Source: Octopus vulgaris
Taxonomy: Eukaryota
DNA length: 64,000 bases
Direction: 5' to 3'
Assembly: GCA_951406725.2 (NCBI GenBank)
Contig: OX597839.1
Location: 38,068,001 to 38,132,000, forward strand
In this document: positions 1 through 15,443 of the stretch, piece by piece
Layout: the number at the start of each line of letters is the position of its first letter
Position numbering within the stretch: the first letter of the stretch is position 1
Translations under genes and position numbers: made by a program
The notes under the pieces: generated by a model
The model's input: the letters and a program-made list of their open reading frames with translations, nothing else
The model's database searches: none
Told to the model about the DNA's origin: nothing

Positions 1-23
1 ATCATCATGATCATTATCATCAT

Positions 24-95
<72 letters not shown>

Positions 96-97
96 TG

Positions 98-135
<38 letters not shown>

Positions 136-173
136 GTCATCATCGTCATCATCGTCATCATCGTCATCATCAC

Positions 174-206
<33 letters not shown>

Positions 207-313
207 TGTCATCATCATCATCATCATCATCATCATCGTCATCATCGTCATCATCGTCATCATCATCATCATCGTCATCATCACCATCATCATCATCATC
301 ATCATCATCATTG

Positions 314-345
<32 letters not shown>

Positions 346-473
346 GTCATCATCGTCATCATCATCATCATCGTCATCATCACCATCATCATCATCATCA
401 TCATCATCATTGTCATCATCATCATCATCGTCATCATCGTCATCGTCGTCATCATCATCATCATCATCATCAT
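1..473. repeat. (ATC/GTC)n microsatellite with higher-order duplication
   Basis: Direct reading; one example of dozens of simple-repeat tracts in the window. Confidence 0.95.
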
Positions 474-1519
474 TTTCGACATCATTACCATCAGTAAAAT
501 TACTGCCCACCATTTACGCACCTCACCGCGGCAATCACAAGCAGCAGTGGCAGTAGGAGCAGCAGCAGCAGCACCACCACCATCACCATCACTACAGCCA
601 CTACCTCCACCACCACTAACAACAACAACAACAACATCATCGTCGTCGTCATCATCATCGTCGTCGTCATCATCATCACGACAACCACTACAACCACGAC
701 GATGATCCCCCACCACTGCCATCGTCCTCACTGTCGCCACTATCACCCACCTCTACCAACACGCAACCATCCTTTCCCAAAACTCACCATCATCATCATC
801 ACCGCCAACTAGCCCCCCCCCCCTGATCTCACTCCATCACTACCACCACCATCAACTACAAGCTCATCGTCGTCATTGTCGTCACCTTCTTATATTGTCA
901 GCACAACAACAACAACAACAACAAGACCTTATGTAATAACGTGGTTGTCGGAATTGCTAGATATAGCAGCCTAGTCACATCATGTGTTCATAAAAGAGAG
1001 GAGGACAACATTCTTTGGTTAATGTCGCCGGAACGTCTTTCGTCGCAGATTCCGCAGGGTGGTCAGCTTTGGCGCGGGGATAAACAAGAACAACAACAGC
1101 AGCAGCAGCAGTAGCAGTAGCGGAAGAAATACAACAACAACAAATCTGCTACCACCATTACCACCACCACTACGACGACGACCATCACCACTACGACGAC
1201 CACCACCATTAACAACAACAACAGTAACAACAATAGTAGTAACAACAAATCTACCACCACCATGACCACCACCAACAACAACATGATGAAATTGATGATG
1301 ACGAGGAGGAAGAGGAAACAATAAATAGTATAAAGGAAGAAAGAAAAAGAAGGGAGGGGAGAACAACAATAACAACAGCAACATCAACAATAAATAAGGG
1401 AAAAGAAGGGAAAGAAGAGGGGAAGGAAGAAGAAGAAGAAAAAGAGGAGGAAGAGGAGGAAGAGTAACGAAAAGATCAATAAACAACTAATAATAATAAT
1501 AATAATAATAATAATGATG

Positions 1520-1649
<130 letters not shown>

Positions 1650-1810
1650 GGAAGACCAGCAACAGCAGAAACGAATAGCGGCAAAAAACGACGAACCTTT
1701 CAACATGTCACGTGCTAACTACCCTTTTGTGTTATGTCAGCCATTATTCTGCTTTTTACACCTTTCTGCCTCTTTCTCTCTTTCTCTCTCTCTCTCTGTC
1801 TATGCAGTTA

Positions 1811-1881
<71 letters not shown>

Positions 1882-2001
1882 GTCTGTTAGTCTGTAAATC
1901 TGTCAGTCTATCAGTCTGTCTGTCTTTTACTAATTTCCTTTCTTCTTTCTGCTTTATTTTCTCTGTCTGTATCCCTTCTCTCTCTCTATCCATTCTCGCT
2001 T

Positions 2002-2051
<50 letters not shown>

Positions 2052-2520
2052 ACAATTGCCGAGATATTTAATCGACCCTTGACCTTTTCTTTAATTAACA
2101 TCCTACATTTCGCAATAATTCTCCTGAAAAAGATTATAAAGTCAGAGATTGTTCAGAGTCCATTCACACCTGATCACCCATCCAACATCATCCCCTTACC
2201 TCGAGACAACACCTTTATACCTCTATATCCTTTCCCCTTCTGCCATCCTTCTCTATCTGTTTGTCTGTCTGTGTGTCGTGTCTTCTGTAATGTTAGACAC
2301 GTTTTAGTTCTGCTTCAGTTAGGACATTGTATCATGAGTGGTTGGATGGTTTTTTGGCTTTTGGCACGTCAGCTTCGTCCATACATCGCAACCACTGCCG
2401 CCACCACCACCGTCGCCGCCGCCGCCACAATCACAAGCACTACCACAGCCATCGCCAGAGCCACTACTATCACCAGAGACGCAGCCACCACCACCACCAT
2501 AACCACTACCACCACCACCA

Positions 2521-2552
<32 letters not shown>

Positions 2553-3433
2553 ACCACCACCACCACCACCAACACCAGAGACGCAACGAGCGTCATCACT
2601 ATCACTGTCACAGCCCCCATCGACACCAAAACCATTACCACCACCACCATCATACCATCAGCAGAAGTGCACCCACACCACCACTTCCATCACTACCTCC
2701 ACCATCTCCAACACCACTCGTTCAACCACCACCACCACTGCCACCATCACAACCACCACCGCCACCATCACAACCAGCACTTTTACCTCACGCCATTACC
2801 ATTTCAACCACCACCACCACCACCATAAACAGCACCACCACAACTTCAACCACCACTAACAACAACACCATCACCACCACCACCACCACCACCACCACCA
2901 CCATCACGACCATAACAAGAACTACAATAACATTCTAATCGTGACCACCACTGCAAACAGCCAACATAGAAATATCAACAATAGCTACAAGTTGCTTTTC
3001 TTCTTATTGTCCCGATTCGAGAAAATTATCGAGAGAGAAATCCTGGGGTCCCCAGTAGATAACTGGTACTTTATAGACTCGTCTACGGCTCAGCTGGTTT
3101 CGGAGGAATTTCAAGTTGGAATCGCAGAAGAAAGAGTTAAGAGGAAAACAAAAAAAAACAACCTCTAGAGAATTTTATACGAATCTCTAACGGAACAACT
3201 GACTGGATCATGCAGCGTGTGTGTGTGTGCGTGTGTGTGTGTGTATGTGTATGTATGTGTGTATGTATATACACATATATGAACTCTTGTATTCCTTTAT
3301 TCTTTTAGTTGTTTCACTCATTTGACTGCGGTCATGCGGGAGCAACGCTCACTGTCTCTGTGTACCAACTTCATGTCCATGACAAAAATCGCTGACTACA
3401 GCATACACGTGATCACAGTAACACAAATATACG

Positions 3434-3520
<87 letters not shown>

Positions 3521-3556
3521 CACGTTCATGTATACAATATATATCAATATATAAAA

Positions 3557-3600
<44 letters not shown>

Positions 3601-3692
3601 GAGAATTCACAAAAAGAAAACAACAAAAGACGAAGGCAGATGGTGTAGACAACAAATAGGTGTATTAGTTTAACGCTCGGGAAGTGAAAATG

Positions 3693-3730
3693 TCTTTAAT
3701 ATTTCGAGCCTACGCTCTTCCACAGAAAGG
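3693..3730 (-). ncRNA. Minimal hammerhead-like motif, family A
   Basis: Reverse complement CCTTT-CTGTGGA-A-GAGC gtag GCTC-GAAA-TA-TT|AAAGA; stem III palindrome is ATAT instead of ACGT. Confidence 0.5.
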
Positions 3731-3751
3731 AACACAAAGAAACAAGGAGAG

Positions 3752-3796
<45 letters not shown>

Positions 3797-4077
3797 TTAT
3801 TTATTTGTATTAAAAAAACACACAAATTTCCACACGAAAGCACGTGATCTCTGCCCTTGGCATGTAGCTTCAACCGTGTTTTTCTGACGTGAATTTGCTA
3901 CCCAGGTATCGGTTAACCGAATTATCCATAATAAGATAATTCATTCAAATACTCAAATATATATATATATATATATAACTTCCCGAGCGTTAAACTAATA
4001 CACCTGTTTGTTGTCTACACCATCTGCCTTCGTCTTTTGTTGTTGTTTTTTGTGAATTCTCTCCTATATATATATAT

Positions 4078-4208
<131 letters not shown>

Positions 4209-5061
4209 TCGTCGCCTAATTAGCATATAGCCCCACCACCCTGCCTTACGCCACAGCACGCCACACAACACCCACGGTAGTTCAACAAAGGCATAAGCAA
4301 ACAAGCAAAAATCAAAAACAAAGAATCGAAACAAATTGAATTAAAAGATACAAATTAAAGTTCCTTCATTAATGGCTTCGGTTAATCCTCAGTTCTGTGG
4401 TCGGGGATGGAAAGGATTGATGGGGGAAACGGATGGATTGGGAAAGGCAAGGGTGAAGAAAAGCAACTGAGTGTGGTGGAGGGTGGGAACGTGAGGCGGA
4501 GGGTAGAGTGGTTGTGGTTGTCAATATAATTGACTACGTTTCATAATGATAATAATAATGATGAAGATGGTGATGATGATGATGATGATGATGATGGTGG
4601 TGGTGTTGGTGGTGGTGGTGGTGGTGGTGATGATGTTGACGATGACGATGATGATGATGATGTTGGTGGTAGTGATGATGATGTTGATGATGATGATAGT
4701 GGATTTGTTTTTATTAGCCACAAAGTCATGGCTGAAAGTAACATTCACAAGGACAGTGAAAAATTTTGTGGCAGGAGCGTTTATGTAAAAAGAAATGAGA
4801 AAAAAATGGGAGAAAAAAGCGGTGAAATGCAATGAAAATATACAAAGAAAGAGGTGAGGGAGGGAAACTACACGTTTAACCTAGAAGCAGCGCTGCGGAT
4901 GAGCCAACTCACATACGAGCTTGAGATATTGTCGCCCTCACGCACTTCTCATGAGGAAATCTGGAAGGAGCTTCGTGCGAACCCTGCATAGACGCTTCCG
5001 GAAAAAATTCAGTAACCGTTGGAAAACCGATTGTAGCAGTGACTCGAACAATTCCTAGTGA

Positions 5062-5099
5062 AATCTGAAGAAGGAATTTTTGTATTCCGAAATATTATT
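5062..5099 (+). ncRNA. Possible minimal hammerhead motif
   Basis: AAT-CTGAAGA-A-GGAAT ttttgt ATTCC-GAAA-TA-TT|ATT; stem I only 3 A-U pairs. Confidence 0.4.
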
Positions 5100-5158
5100 A
5101 TTATATCAGACGATATTTTAATATCCCTTAGTGGCTGACGATATGTGTTCCTCTGATA

Positions 5159-5386
5159 GGCGAGCTGGCAGAAACGTTAGCACACCGGGCGAAATGCTTA
5201 GCGGTATTGCGTCTGTCGTTGCGTTCTGAGTTCAAATTCCGCCGAGGTCGACTTTGCCTTTCATCCTTTCGGGGGTCGATAAATTAAGTACCAGTTACGC
5301 CCTGGGGTCGATTTAATCGACTTAATCCGTTTGTCTGTCCTTGTTTGTCCCCTCTATGTTTAGCCCCTTGTGGGCAATAAAGAAAC
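5159..5386 (+). mobile_element. tRNA-derived SINE family 2 (Meta-domain-like core) with TSD
   Basis: GGCGAGCTGGCAGAA head, GTTCAAATTCC B box, GACTTTGCCTTTCATCCTTTCGGGGTCGATAAA core; 18-bp TSD ATATGTGT(T/A)CCTCTGATA at 5141 and 5389. Confidence 0.88.
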
Positions 5387-6056
5387 ATATATGTGTACCT
5401 CTGATAACGAGCAGAAGTAGTGGGGGAACATCATAGCCATGTGTTGAGAGGGATTCTTTGGGGTTTGGACAATTCACCTTTGGAAACATGGGTGTTTTGT
5501 TCATCATCTTTAAACAATTCTTATTCACAGACCTTTTCTGCGGGGTGGGCTACTCGACCAGATGAAAATTCAAACTGGGTCCCACCTGCAAAGTCATGCG
5601 GTGTTTATCTTGATATGAAATCGCCATGTCGCGCACATATGGTTGTGATGCATTTGTCTGGTGTACCCTTATCAGACGGGTAGTCATGATTGTGGGTATA
5701 TTGGACTTCGTATAATTGTACCCGGAGTGTCAGGATGAAAGGTAAAATCGACCTCGGCGGAGTTTGAACGCAGAGCTCAAGGTCGGACGAAATGCGACTA
5801 AGCACTTTGTCCGGCGTGCTAACAATTCTGACAGCTCACCACCATAACAATAACAACAACAGCAACAACATTAAATGCATCAAATTCAGTAATTGACTGG
5901 TACTTAATTAATCGATCTTAGATGGCCGAAAGGCAAAGTTGACCTCAGCGGGACTTGAACTCAGACCGAAAGAAACACTGTGAGGCATTTTGTCAGATGC
6001 GTTGGTGACTCTGGCACGACACCAATTTACTAATAGCAATAACAACAATATTAAAA

Positions 6057-6089
<33 letters not shown>

Positions 6090-6139
6090 CAGTAGTAGCA
6101 GCAGTAGCAGCCGTAATCATGGTGGTGGTGGTGGTGGCG

Positions 6140-6172
<33 letters not shown>

Positions 6173-6249
6173 AAACAGTAATAATAATTATAAAACAACG
6201 ATGGTAACAGAAACAAGAATAATAACAACCACGATAATAATGTTAAAGA

Positions 6250-6298
<49 letters not shown>

Positions 6299-6453
6299 CA
6301 ACAACAACAATAATACCAACAACAACAACAACAACAATAATAATACCACCACCACCAACAACAACAACAATAATAAGAAGAATACCAACAACAACAACAA
6401 TAATAATAATGATGATGAGGAGGAGGATAATAATAATGATAATAATAATAATA

Positions 6454-6499
<46 letters not shown>

Positions 6500-6945
6500 G
6501 GAGGAGGATAATAATAATGATAATAATAATTATAATGAAAATAATAATAATAATAATAATAATGATAATAATAATGACAACGATAATAATAATAATAATG
6601 ACAATGATCAATGTTCTGCTGGTTGTGGTTGTGGTTGTAGTCGTTGTTGTTGTTGTTATGCAATATCTTCGGAAGGTTCTCTTTTACAAAAGGCACAAAA
6701 CAAGTGCGAGTTTAATATAGCAGCCAGTCTCGCAGATATTAATTCTCTTGTTTTGATTCACTGATTTTTGCACCTGTTTAGTTCTTAATATAGGCTTTGT
6801 TTAATGTAGGGTGGGGGGGCGTGTATGGGGGGGGGGGCGGTAGGTGGGCGGGTGGGTGGGCTTTTGTACTAATGGTCGCAAGAAAGCGTAAATATATGTA
6901 TAAGTACACGTGTGTATATATATCTATATCAATATCTATATATAA

Positions 6946-7006
<61 letters not shown>

Positions 7007-7044
7007 CACACATATATATACATATATATATATATATACATGTG

Positions 7045-7125
<81 letters not shown>

Positions 7126-7356
7126 GGGGGTGAAAGTATATATAGCTAATATCTATAATATATATATTAATACGATCGATCACAGAATCGCACACATATA
7201 CCCACACACAACCACACACACACATACACACACACACATACACACACAAGCACAAAAGCACTGAGAAACCAATGCGCGTGTAGTGTGACATGGGCAAATA
7301 TATACGCGTACATACATAATGGTATTGCGTCAAGGAATTCATATTTTCGTCATATG

Positions 7357-7397
<41 letters not shown>

Positions 7398-7586
7398 GTT
7401 TATATTTGAGCTATCTGTCTGTATGTCCTAGTGTGTGTGTATAGCTAGCTATCTATATACGCTCATGTGTTTAAGTACACACACATACACGCATTTCTAT
7501 AAATATATGCATTATGCGTGGTATGCGTATAAGTATATTTACATCCATCCATTCATCCATACATACATATATATATATATACACAC

Positions 7587-7645
<59 letters not shown>

Positions 7646-7720
7646 TATATGTATGTATATATATATATGTAAATATATATATGTATATATATATATATGT
7701 GTGTGTGTGTGTATATATAA

Positions 7721-7773
<53 letters not shown>

Positions 7774-8001
7774 TATACACATATATATATATATATATGC
7801 TTATAATTATGTGTGTATACTTTTGTATGTATGTATAAACCCACCCACACACGTAGAAATATATAGACAAGCGTTCTCCAGTAGTCTTATACCACTTATT
7901 GTAGACTGTTCAAAAGGCAGCTGGTTATATCTATATACACCACACACACACACATATATAGACGTATATACATTTAGTTCTGACACCTCTTAACCTTTCA
8001 T

Positions 8002-8040
<39 letters not shown>

Positions 8041-8405
8041 CATATATACACATCATCTATTCATACATAACCTACATCCTTATCCCGCACGCATTACCCT
8101 TTTAAACCCCCGCACTCACACACACATTTCTACTCACACCCACACCTGTAGACTTCAATAGATAAACAGTCGATTCCTCTTTATTGAATACAGGACTGGT
8201 GTTCTGTACGCTTATTTGTATCACTTTCGAAACTACGAACCGTTTAATATAAAATTTATGAACAACTCTTCGGATAATTGCATTACAAATAACGTAATTT
8301 TCGCTTAAATGCTTTCGATTATTATTATTACTATTATTATTATTATCATCATGATCATCATCATGATCATGATCATCATCATCATGATCATCATCATCAT
8401 TATTA

Positions 8406-8467
<62 letters not shown>

Positions 8468-9023
8468 GAGTGAGAGAGCAGTTCATGCCATCAAAGTGAC
8501 ACTAGGGTAAAATATACGAAGCCCAGTATACCCATCATGACTACCCGCCTGATAAGGCTACACCAGGCACATGCATCACAACCATATGTGTGTGACATGG
8601 TGATCTCATATCAAGATAAACAGCACATGACCTCGCAGGTGGGTCCCAGTTAGAATTTTCTTCTGATCGAGTAAACCATCCCGCTCAAAAGGTCCCTGAA
8701 TAAGGGCTGCTTAAGGATGTTGAACGAAACACCCATGTTTCCAGAGGTGAATTATTCAAACCCCAAAGAATCCGCTCTCAACACATGGCTATGATGCTCC
8801 TCTACTACTTCTGCTCGTGATCAGAGATGCACATATCGTCAGCCACTAAGGGACATGCTCAACTGGTTAAGGTCAAACAACTGACAAGCAAATCTGTGGT
8901 ATTGAGCATAATATTTGCTGTAGCCCATCTTTTATACCAGGACAAAACAATGTACATGATAACACTTCCAATCAGTTAAGATCAGAAGCCATGAGAGCCA
9001 CTGCCTGGTACTGCATCAGGGCA
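8468..9023. mobile_element. ~556-bp non-coding interspersed element flanked by (ATT/ATC)n
   Basis: Copies at 9129-9340, 58121-58643 and inverted at 5125-5730; no TIR, no pol III boxes recognised. Confidence 0.8.
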
Positions 9024-9027
9024 TTTA

Positions 9028-9058
<31 letters not shown>

Positions 9059-9068
9059 CATCATCATT

Positions 9069-9102
<34 letters not shown>

Positions 9103-9633
9103 CCATTATTATTATTATTATTATTATTGAGTGAGGGAGCAGTGCATGCCATCAAAGTGTCACTGGAGTAAAATATACGAAGCACAGTATACCCATCATG
9201 ACTACCCGCCTGATAAGGGTACACCAGGTACATATATCACAAACATATGTGCGCGACATGGTGATTTCATATCAAGATTAACAGCGCATCACCTTGCAGG
9301 TGGGACCCAGTTAGAATTTTCTTAGGGGTCGAGTAGCCCATCCCCAAATTCAATGACAAAGCATTTGTCGTCCCGGAGCACCAGGAGAAGACATTGCTGA
9401 AAGTATAGAGCAATGGGACTGAACACTGAAGTCATGTCGTTGCAAAGGAACATTTTGCTATTTGCAGCGATGACGAAACGAGGAATGTTTGTCGGAACAG
9501 ATGGTTTATGTATGCTAAGTGATGAAGGCATTTAGTACAAGAAATGTTCAAATGATTACATATCAAAAGGTCTGACTTGCATAGAATAGAAATGATATCA
9601 GGAATTAAAGGAGCTGAATAAGAGATTTACAAA

Positions 9634-9724
9634 TCCAACAGCTGTTTCTGGGGGCTTGGTGGTCTAAAATAGCGATTGTAAATTGATTCCATCATTGGAT
9701 AATACCGGCCTCCGTCTTCAGGGA
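9634..9724 (-). ncRNA. Type I hammerhead motif with long stem II (eroded)
   Basis: Reverse complement TCC-CTGAAGA-CGGAGGC...GCCCCCA-GAAA-CAGCTG-TT|GGA; palindromic stem III ACAGCTGT. Confidence 0.55.
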
Positions 9725-10047
9725 AGAAGTTTTATACTTGAGGTGTTGAAAGAAAGGAATGATTTTGTGGAGGACCAAATGTATTAGAAGGAAGAGTTGG
9801 GAGGTATTTAGACAGAGAGTTGTGGGAGGAGAACATACATTTCAGGGTTAGGAGTTATTAATGATGTGAGTAAGGAGTCATAGTGGTAGAAGTGGAAGGT
9901 GGGAGGCAGAATGAAGGGTGGTTTAGATAATGGAAACCTTTGTGTTTGTATGAAGGCTTTAAAGTTATGTACGTATTTATGCTTGAATGTATGTATGTAT
10001 GTATGTGTGCTTGTATGTATGTATGTACGAATGTATGTATGTATGTA

Positions 10048-10078
<31 letters not shown>

Positions 10079-11535
10079 ATGTATGTATGTATGTATGTAT
10101 GTATGTATGTATGCATGCATGCATGTATGTATGTATGTATGTATGTATGCTTGTATGTATGTATGCATGTATGCTTGTATGTATGTATGTATGTATGTAT
10201 GTATGTATGCTTGTATGTATGTATGTATGTATGTATGTATGTATGTATGTATGTATGTATGTATGCTTGTATGTATGTATGTATGTATGTATGTATGTAT
10301 GTATGTATGTGTGTGTATGTATGTATGTGTGTATATATGTATGCTTGTATGTATGTATATATGTATGTATGTATGTATGCTTGTATGTATGTATGTATGT
10401 ATGCTTGTATGTATGTATGTATGTATGTATGTATGAATGTATGTATGCATGCATGTATGTATGTATGTATGTATGTATGTATGTATGCATGCATGTATGT
10501 ATGTATGTATGTATGTATGTATGTATGAATGCATGTATGCATGTATCTGTGTATGTGTGTAAGTATGTATGTATAATTCGTAACTTTGCTGCACAGAAAA
10601 GACAACTGATGTTTTGAAACCGCTTTTTAATCGTCATCACCACCGCCGCCATCACCACCACCACCTCCACCATTTCCACCACGATCACTACCACCGCCGC
10701 CATCACCACCATTGTCATAATCAACTTTACCGTTGTAACGTTGTCTTTTCTGTGCAGCAAAGTTACGAATCACACATACATACATACACACACACACATA
10801 CATACATACATGCATACATACATACATATATGCATACATACATACATACATACATACATACATACATACATACAAACATGCATACATACATACATACATA
10901 CATACACACATACATACATACACACATACACACATACATACATGCATACATACATACATACATACACACATACATACATACATACATACATACATACATA
11001 CATGTACACACACATACACACATACATACATACAAGCATACATACATACATACATACACACATACATACACACATACATACATACACACATACATGGATA
11101 AAGAAACCACCGGACTGATTCTCTCAGTATTAAAAGGATGACGAATTTAGAAAGAGTGGAAGCATGGATGGGGGAACTTTAAAGACAAAAGTGCAACGGG
11201 AGGTTGTCAGCAGGGGCTGATAGTATTGTGTCTCTTTCTATACAGAAAAAAATAGGGGATACGACGAAGATTGGGAGATTATGGAAGAGAAATTATGAAA
11301 GAGAAATGACAACATTGTGTGTGTTTATAAAGGAAGGGTTATGAGTCAGAGAGCAAAAAGGAGGACAGCTTGGTTGACGGTTCTTACTAAAGAGACGGAT
11401 TGGCGGAAGTGCAATGACATGGATGGTTAGACGGGGGTTTTGAAGTGGGTCTTCCACAAGGCCTTGGTGAGTGCTCACGATCTGAGGTGGAGTGAGAGGG
11501 ACCTATCCTGCTACATAACAGGCAATATCGGAGTA

Positions 11536-11580
<45 letters not shown>

Positions 11581-11948
11581 CAGAGAGGTAGACAGACAGA
11601 CAGACAAATAGACAGATAGCAATAGTGTAAAGAAATGGATGGGAGACAGATAAGGATGTAAATGTGTGGGGAGGGCTGGGTGATGACGGTGGTGGTGGTG
11701 GTGGTGCGAGGAAACATTTTTGAAACGGGAGCAGCGTTTAGTGAGTTATATGAAAGTGGACGAGCTGGAGGTTGGCATGGCAACAGAGAAAGAGAGAGAG
11801 AGAGAGAGGGGGGAGAGAGAGAGATGTCTGGAAAGATGACGGAACGGAAGTGTCGGATATGACGGAAGTGAATGTTTCAATGTCAGTGTAAGGTGCATAA
11901 TGTTATGACAAAGATATTTCGGTCCCAGGATTTATATTCGCGTTTGTT

Positions 11949-12023
<75 letters not shown>

Positions 12024-12323
12024 TATATGTTTATATATATATATATTATATAAATTTATGGATGAAAATATATGTCACACACACATGTACATATATATAT
12101 ATATGTGTGTATATATATATACACACACACATATACATGCATATATATATATAGATGCATGTGTACGTTTTTATCTGTATATTTACATACATACATATAT
12201 TCCTATATATAGGGAAAATATATACGAGCACACACAAACACACACACACACATGCTTATATATATATATATAGGTACATATGAATACATATAACAATATA
12301 GGTTTGTATATACACATGCATAA

Positions 12324-12422
<99 letters not shown>

Positions 12423-12760
12423 TATATATATATGTATAGTAGACAATGTGTGTGGAAGGTGGGAGGCCTGAGATGGATGTAGAGGCTAATTCAAGTAGTG
12501 AGAGATAGCGTAACATTTCCAGCGAGTAACTGCTGTTATGTTCACACTTTTGCGTTCTGAGATTCTTATCTCTTACATCAATACAAACATAGATCTTACT
12601 AACTCGTTCTCGTATTATCTATGGGCTCCGTGAGATTCGTCTGCAGTTATGGCATATACCTACATACACACACACGCGCATACACGCATAAGCACATGCA
12701 TGTATAAGTATATATATATATATATATATATTTGCAGCCATATATGCATATATGTACGAA

Positions 12761-12805
<45 letters not shown>

Positions 12806-12806
12806 G

Positions 12807-12861
<55 letters not shown>

Positions 12862-12931
12862 GTGTGTATGTGTGAGTGTGTGTTTGTGTATGTGTGTGTG
12901 TATTTGCTACCATAAATGCATTTACATGTCT

Positions 12932-12963
<32 letters not shown>

Positions 12964-13126
12964 GTATATAGGTATATATATATATATATATATATATACA
13001 AATTTAAAAAGCATAAATTTATATATATGTATACATGTATGTGTGTGTAGAGTGTTTCGTATACATATGTGTGTATATTGGCACGTATATAGAAAGGCAT
13101 ATACGTACATATATATCTATATCATT

Positions 13127-13195
<69 letters not shown>

Positions 13196-13245
13196 ATGTG
13201 TTTGTGTGGGTGGTTGGGTTTATGTGTGTCGATATTCAGGCAGGT

Positions 13246-13285
<40 letters not shown>

Positions 13286-13572
13286 GAGTGGGAGGGAAAA
13301 CAGAATAAGAGAGAGAGGTATAACCCAGACACCGCTTTAGACATATACAGAAACTACACACATACATACCACCCGCCTCGCTTATATGTATATATGGATA
13401 TATGCACAAATATATATATCATTATATATCTCTATATATATTTATGGATGAAAATATATTTGTCATATATATATATACATATACACATATATGTATATAT
13501 GCATGCATATATATATACATAAATATATACAAACACACACACATATATATACATGTATATATATATATATAA

Positions 13573-13627
<55 letters not shown>

Positions 13628-13699
13628 CATATATATATATATATTTATGTATTTATGTACATTAGGATGTATGTATATATGTATATATGGATGTAAATA

Positions 13700-13748
<49 letters not shown>

Positions 13749-13938
13749 TCACGCACAAACACATACACACACATATATATACTCATATATACTCATCACT
13801 TAATGAAGGTGTGAAGTATGCATTTATAGCCATAAATATATCTGCAAGCACCCACACTCCACCATACGCACCCACACAGATTATTTACGCATTTATTTAT
13901 TTGTGTATTTATTTATATATTCATTTGTTTATTTGTTC

Positions 13939-13969
<31 letters not shown>

Positions 13970-14198
13970 TGTATGTCTGTGTGTATCTGTGTGTGTGTGT
14001 GTGTTTGTGTGTGTCTGTGTGTGTGTGTGTTGTGTGTGTGTGTGTGTGTGTCTGTGTGTGTCTGTGTGTGTGTGTGTGTGTGTATTTATTTATATATTCA
14101 TTTGTTTATTTGTTCGTGTGTGTGTGTGTGTGTGTGTGTTTGTGTATGTCTGTGTGTATCTGTGTGTGTGTGTGTGTTTGTGTGTGTTTGTGTTTGTG

Positions 14199-14231
<33 letters not shown>

Positions 14232-14237
14232 TTGTGT

Positions 14238-14277
<40 letters not shown>

Positions 14278-14337
14278 TTGTGTGTGTGTGTGTGTAGGTG
14301 TGTGTGTGTGTTTGTGTGTGTTTGTAGGTGTGTGTGT

Positions 14338-14390
<53 letters not shown>

Positions 14391-14877
14391 TGTCTGTGTG
14401 TGTGTTTGTGTGTGTGGGTGTGTGTGTGTGTAGGTGTCTGTGTGTGTCTGTGTGTGTGTTTGTGTGTGTCTGTGTGTGTGTGTGTGTGTGTGTGTTTGTG
14501 TGTGTGTAGGTGTATGTGTGTGTAGGTGTATGTGTGTGTAGGTGTATGTCTGCACACATCAAGACATCAGCATGTAATGATTACCAAAAGCTATTTTCCT
14601 TTATTGTCGACACTATTTCACAAGTGCCATCTTTCACTGAACAGTCTTGGCATTTAATCTATGGAAGCATTGAAATGTAAGAATTGAGCCGTTAGTAATG
14701 GAGAATGGTAACATTTCCGGTGGCAGTAAAGAGCTAGCAGAGAGCAGAATGACGAATGGTAGAGCTGTGTCGTTTGCCATTCAAAGCTAAGACCGAAACT
14801 GAGGCTTTCCCAATGATTTCTCTTTTGGCTGTTTATCATTCTTTTTCTACCATATTTTTGCGCGTCTGGTATTTATA

Positions 14878-15443
14878 TTGGGGTGTCCGGAAAGTTCGTG
14901 CCGATTTTTAAAGGAAAGAAAAAGGTCAGTAAATACTTGCCATTACATTTTTAATCAACCAAATATGAGCCATTTTGTTGCACAATGCATCTCCATCTTT
15001 CCTTTAACTTGAAAATACCCTCTTCCCAGAATTGAGGTGGTTTCATGACAAAGAATTCATCAAGGTATCTTTTTACGTCATCCAAGGAATTGAAATTTTT
15101 ACCATTAAGGCTATTCTGCAGAGACTTGAATAAGTGGAAATCCGAAGGAGCAATATCTGGTGAATATGGAGGGTGGGGTAACACATCCCAGTCGAGCTGC
15201 AGCAATTTTTGTCTGGTTCCCAAAGCATCAAGTGCCGAACATGAACTTTCTTATCTTCCATTTTAAAGGGTTACAGAATTTACACAGGTTATAGGAACAT
15301 AAACCTTCTTCCACGAAAAGACAGCTTAAACTGTGCTCTAAATGGAGGTGTAGTCAAATCCTATTTTATGGACTCAACCATGTTCTAAAATAAGTCGAAA
15401 GTTAAGCTACTATAAATCAGCAAGAACTTTCCGGACAACCCAA
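14878..15443 (-). mobile_element. Internally deleted mariner transposon (566 bp, mellifera-like)
   Basis: 30-bp TIRs TTGGGGTGTCCGGAAAGTTCGTGCCGATTT (3 mismatches between ends), TA on both sides; N-terminal MEDKKVHVRHLMLWE joined out of frame to C-terminal TRQKL..LPHPPYSPDIAPSDFHLF..W..V..NG.Y. Confidence 0.93.

Noticed and set aside
11400-11525. Possible GIY-YIG remnant on the minus strand (YV..LHLR..EH)
   Set aside because: Too degraded to support without a profile search
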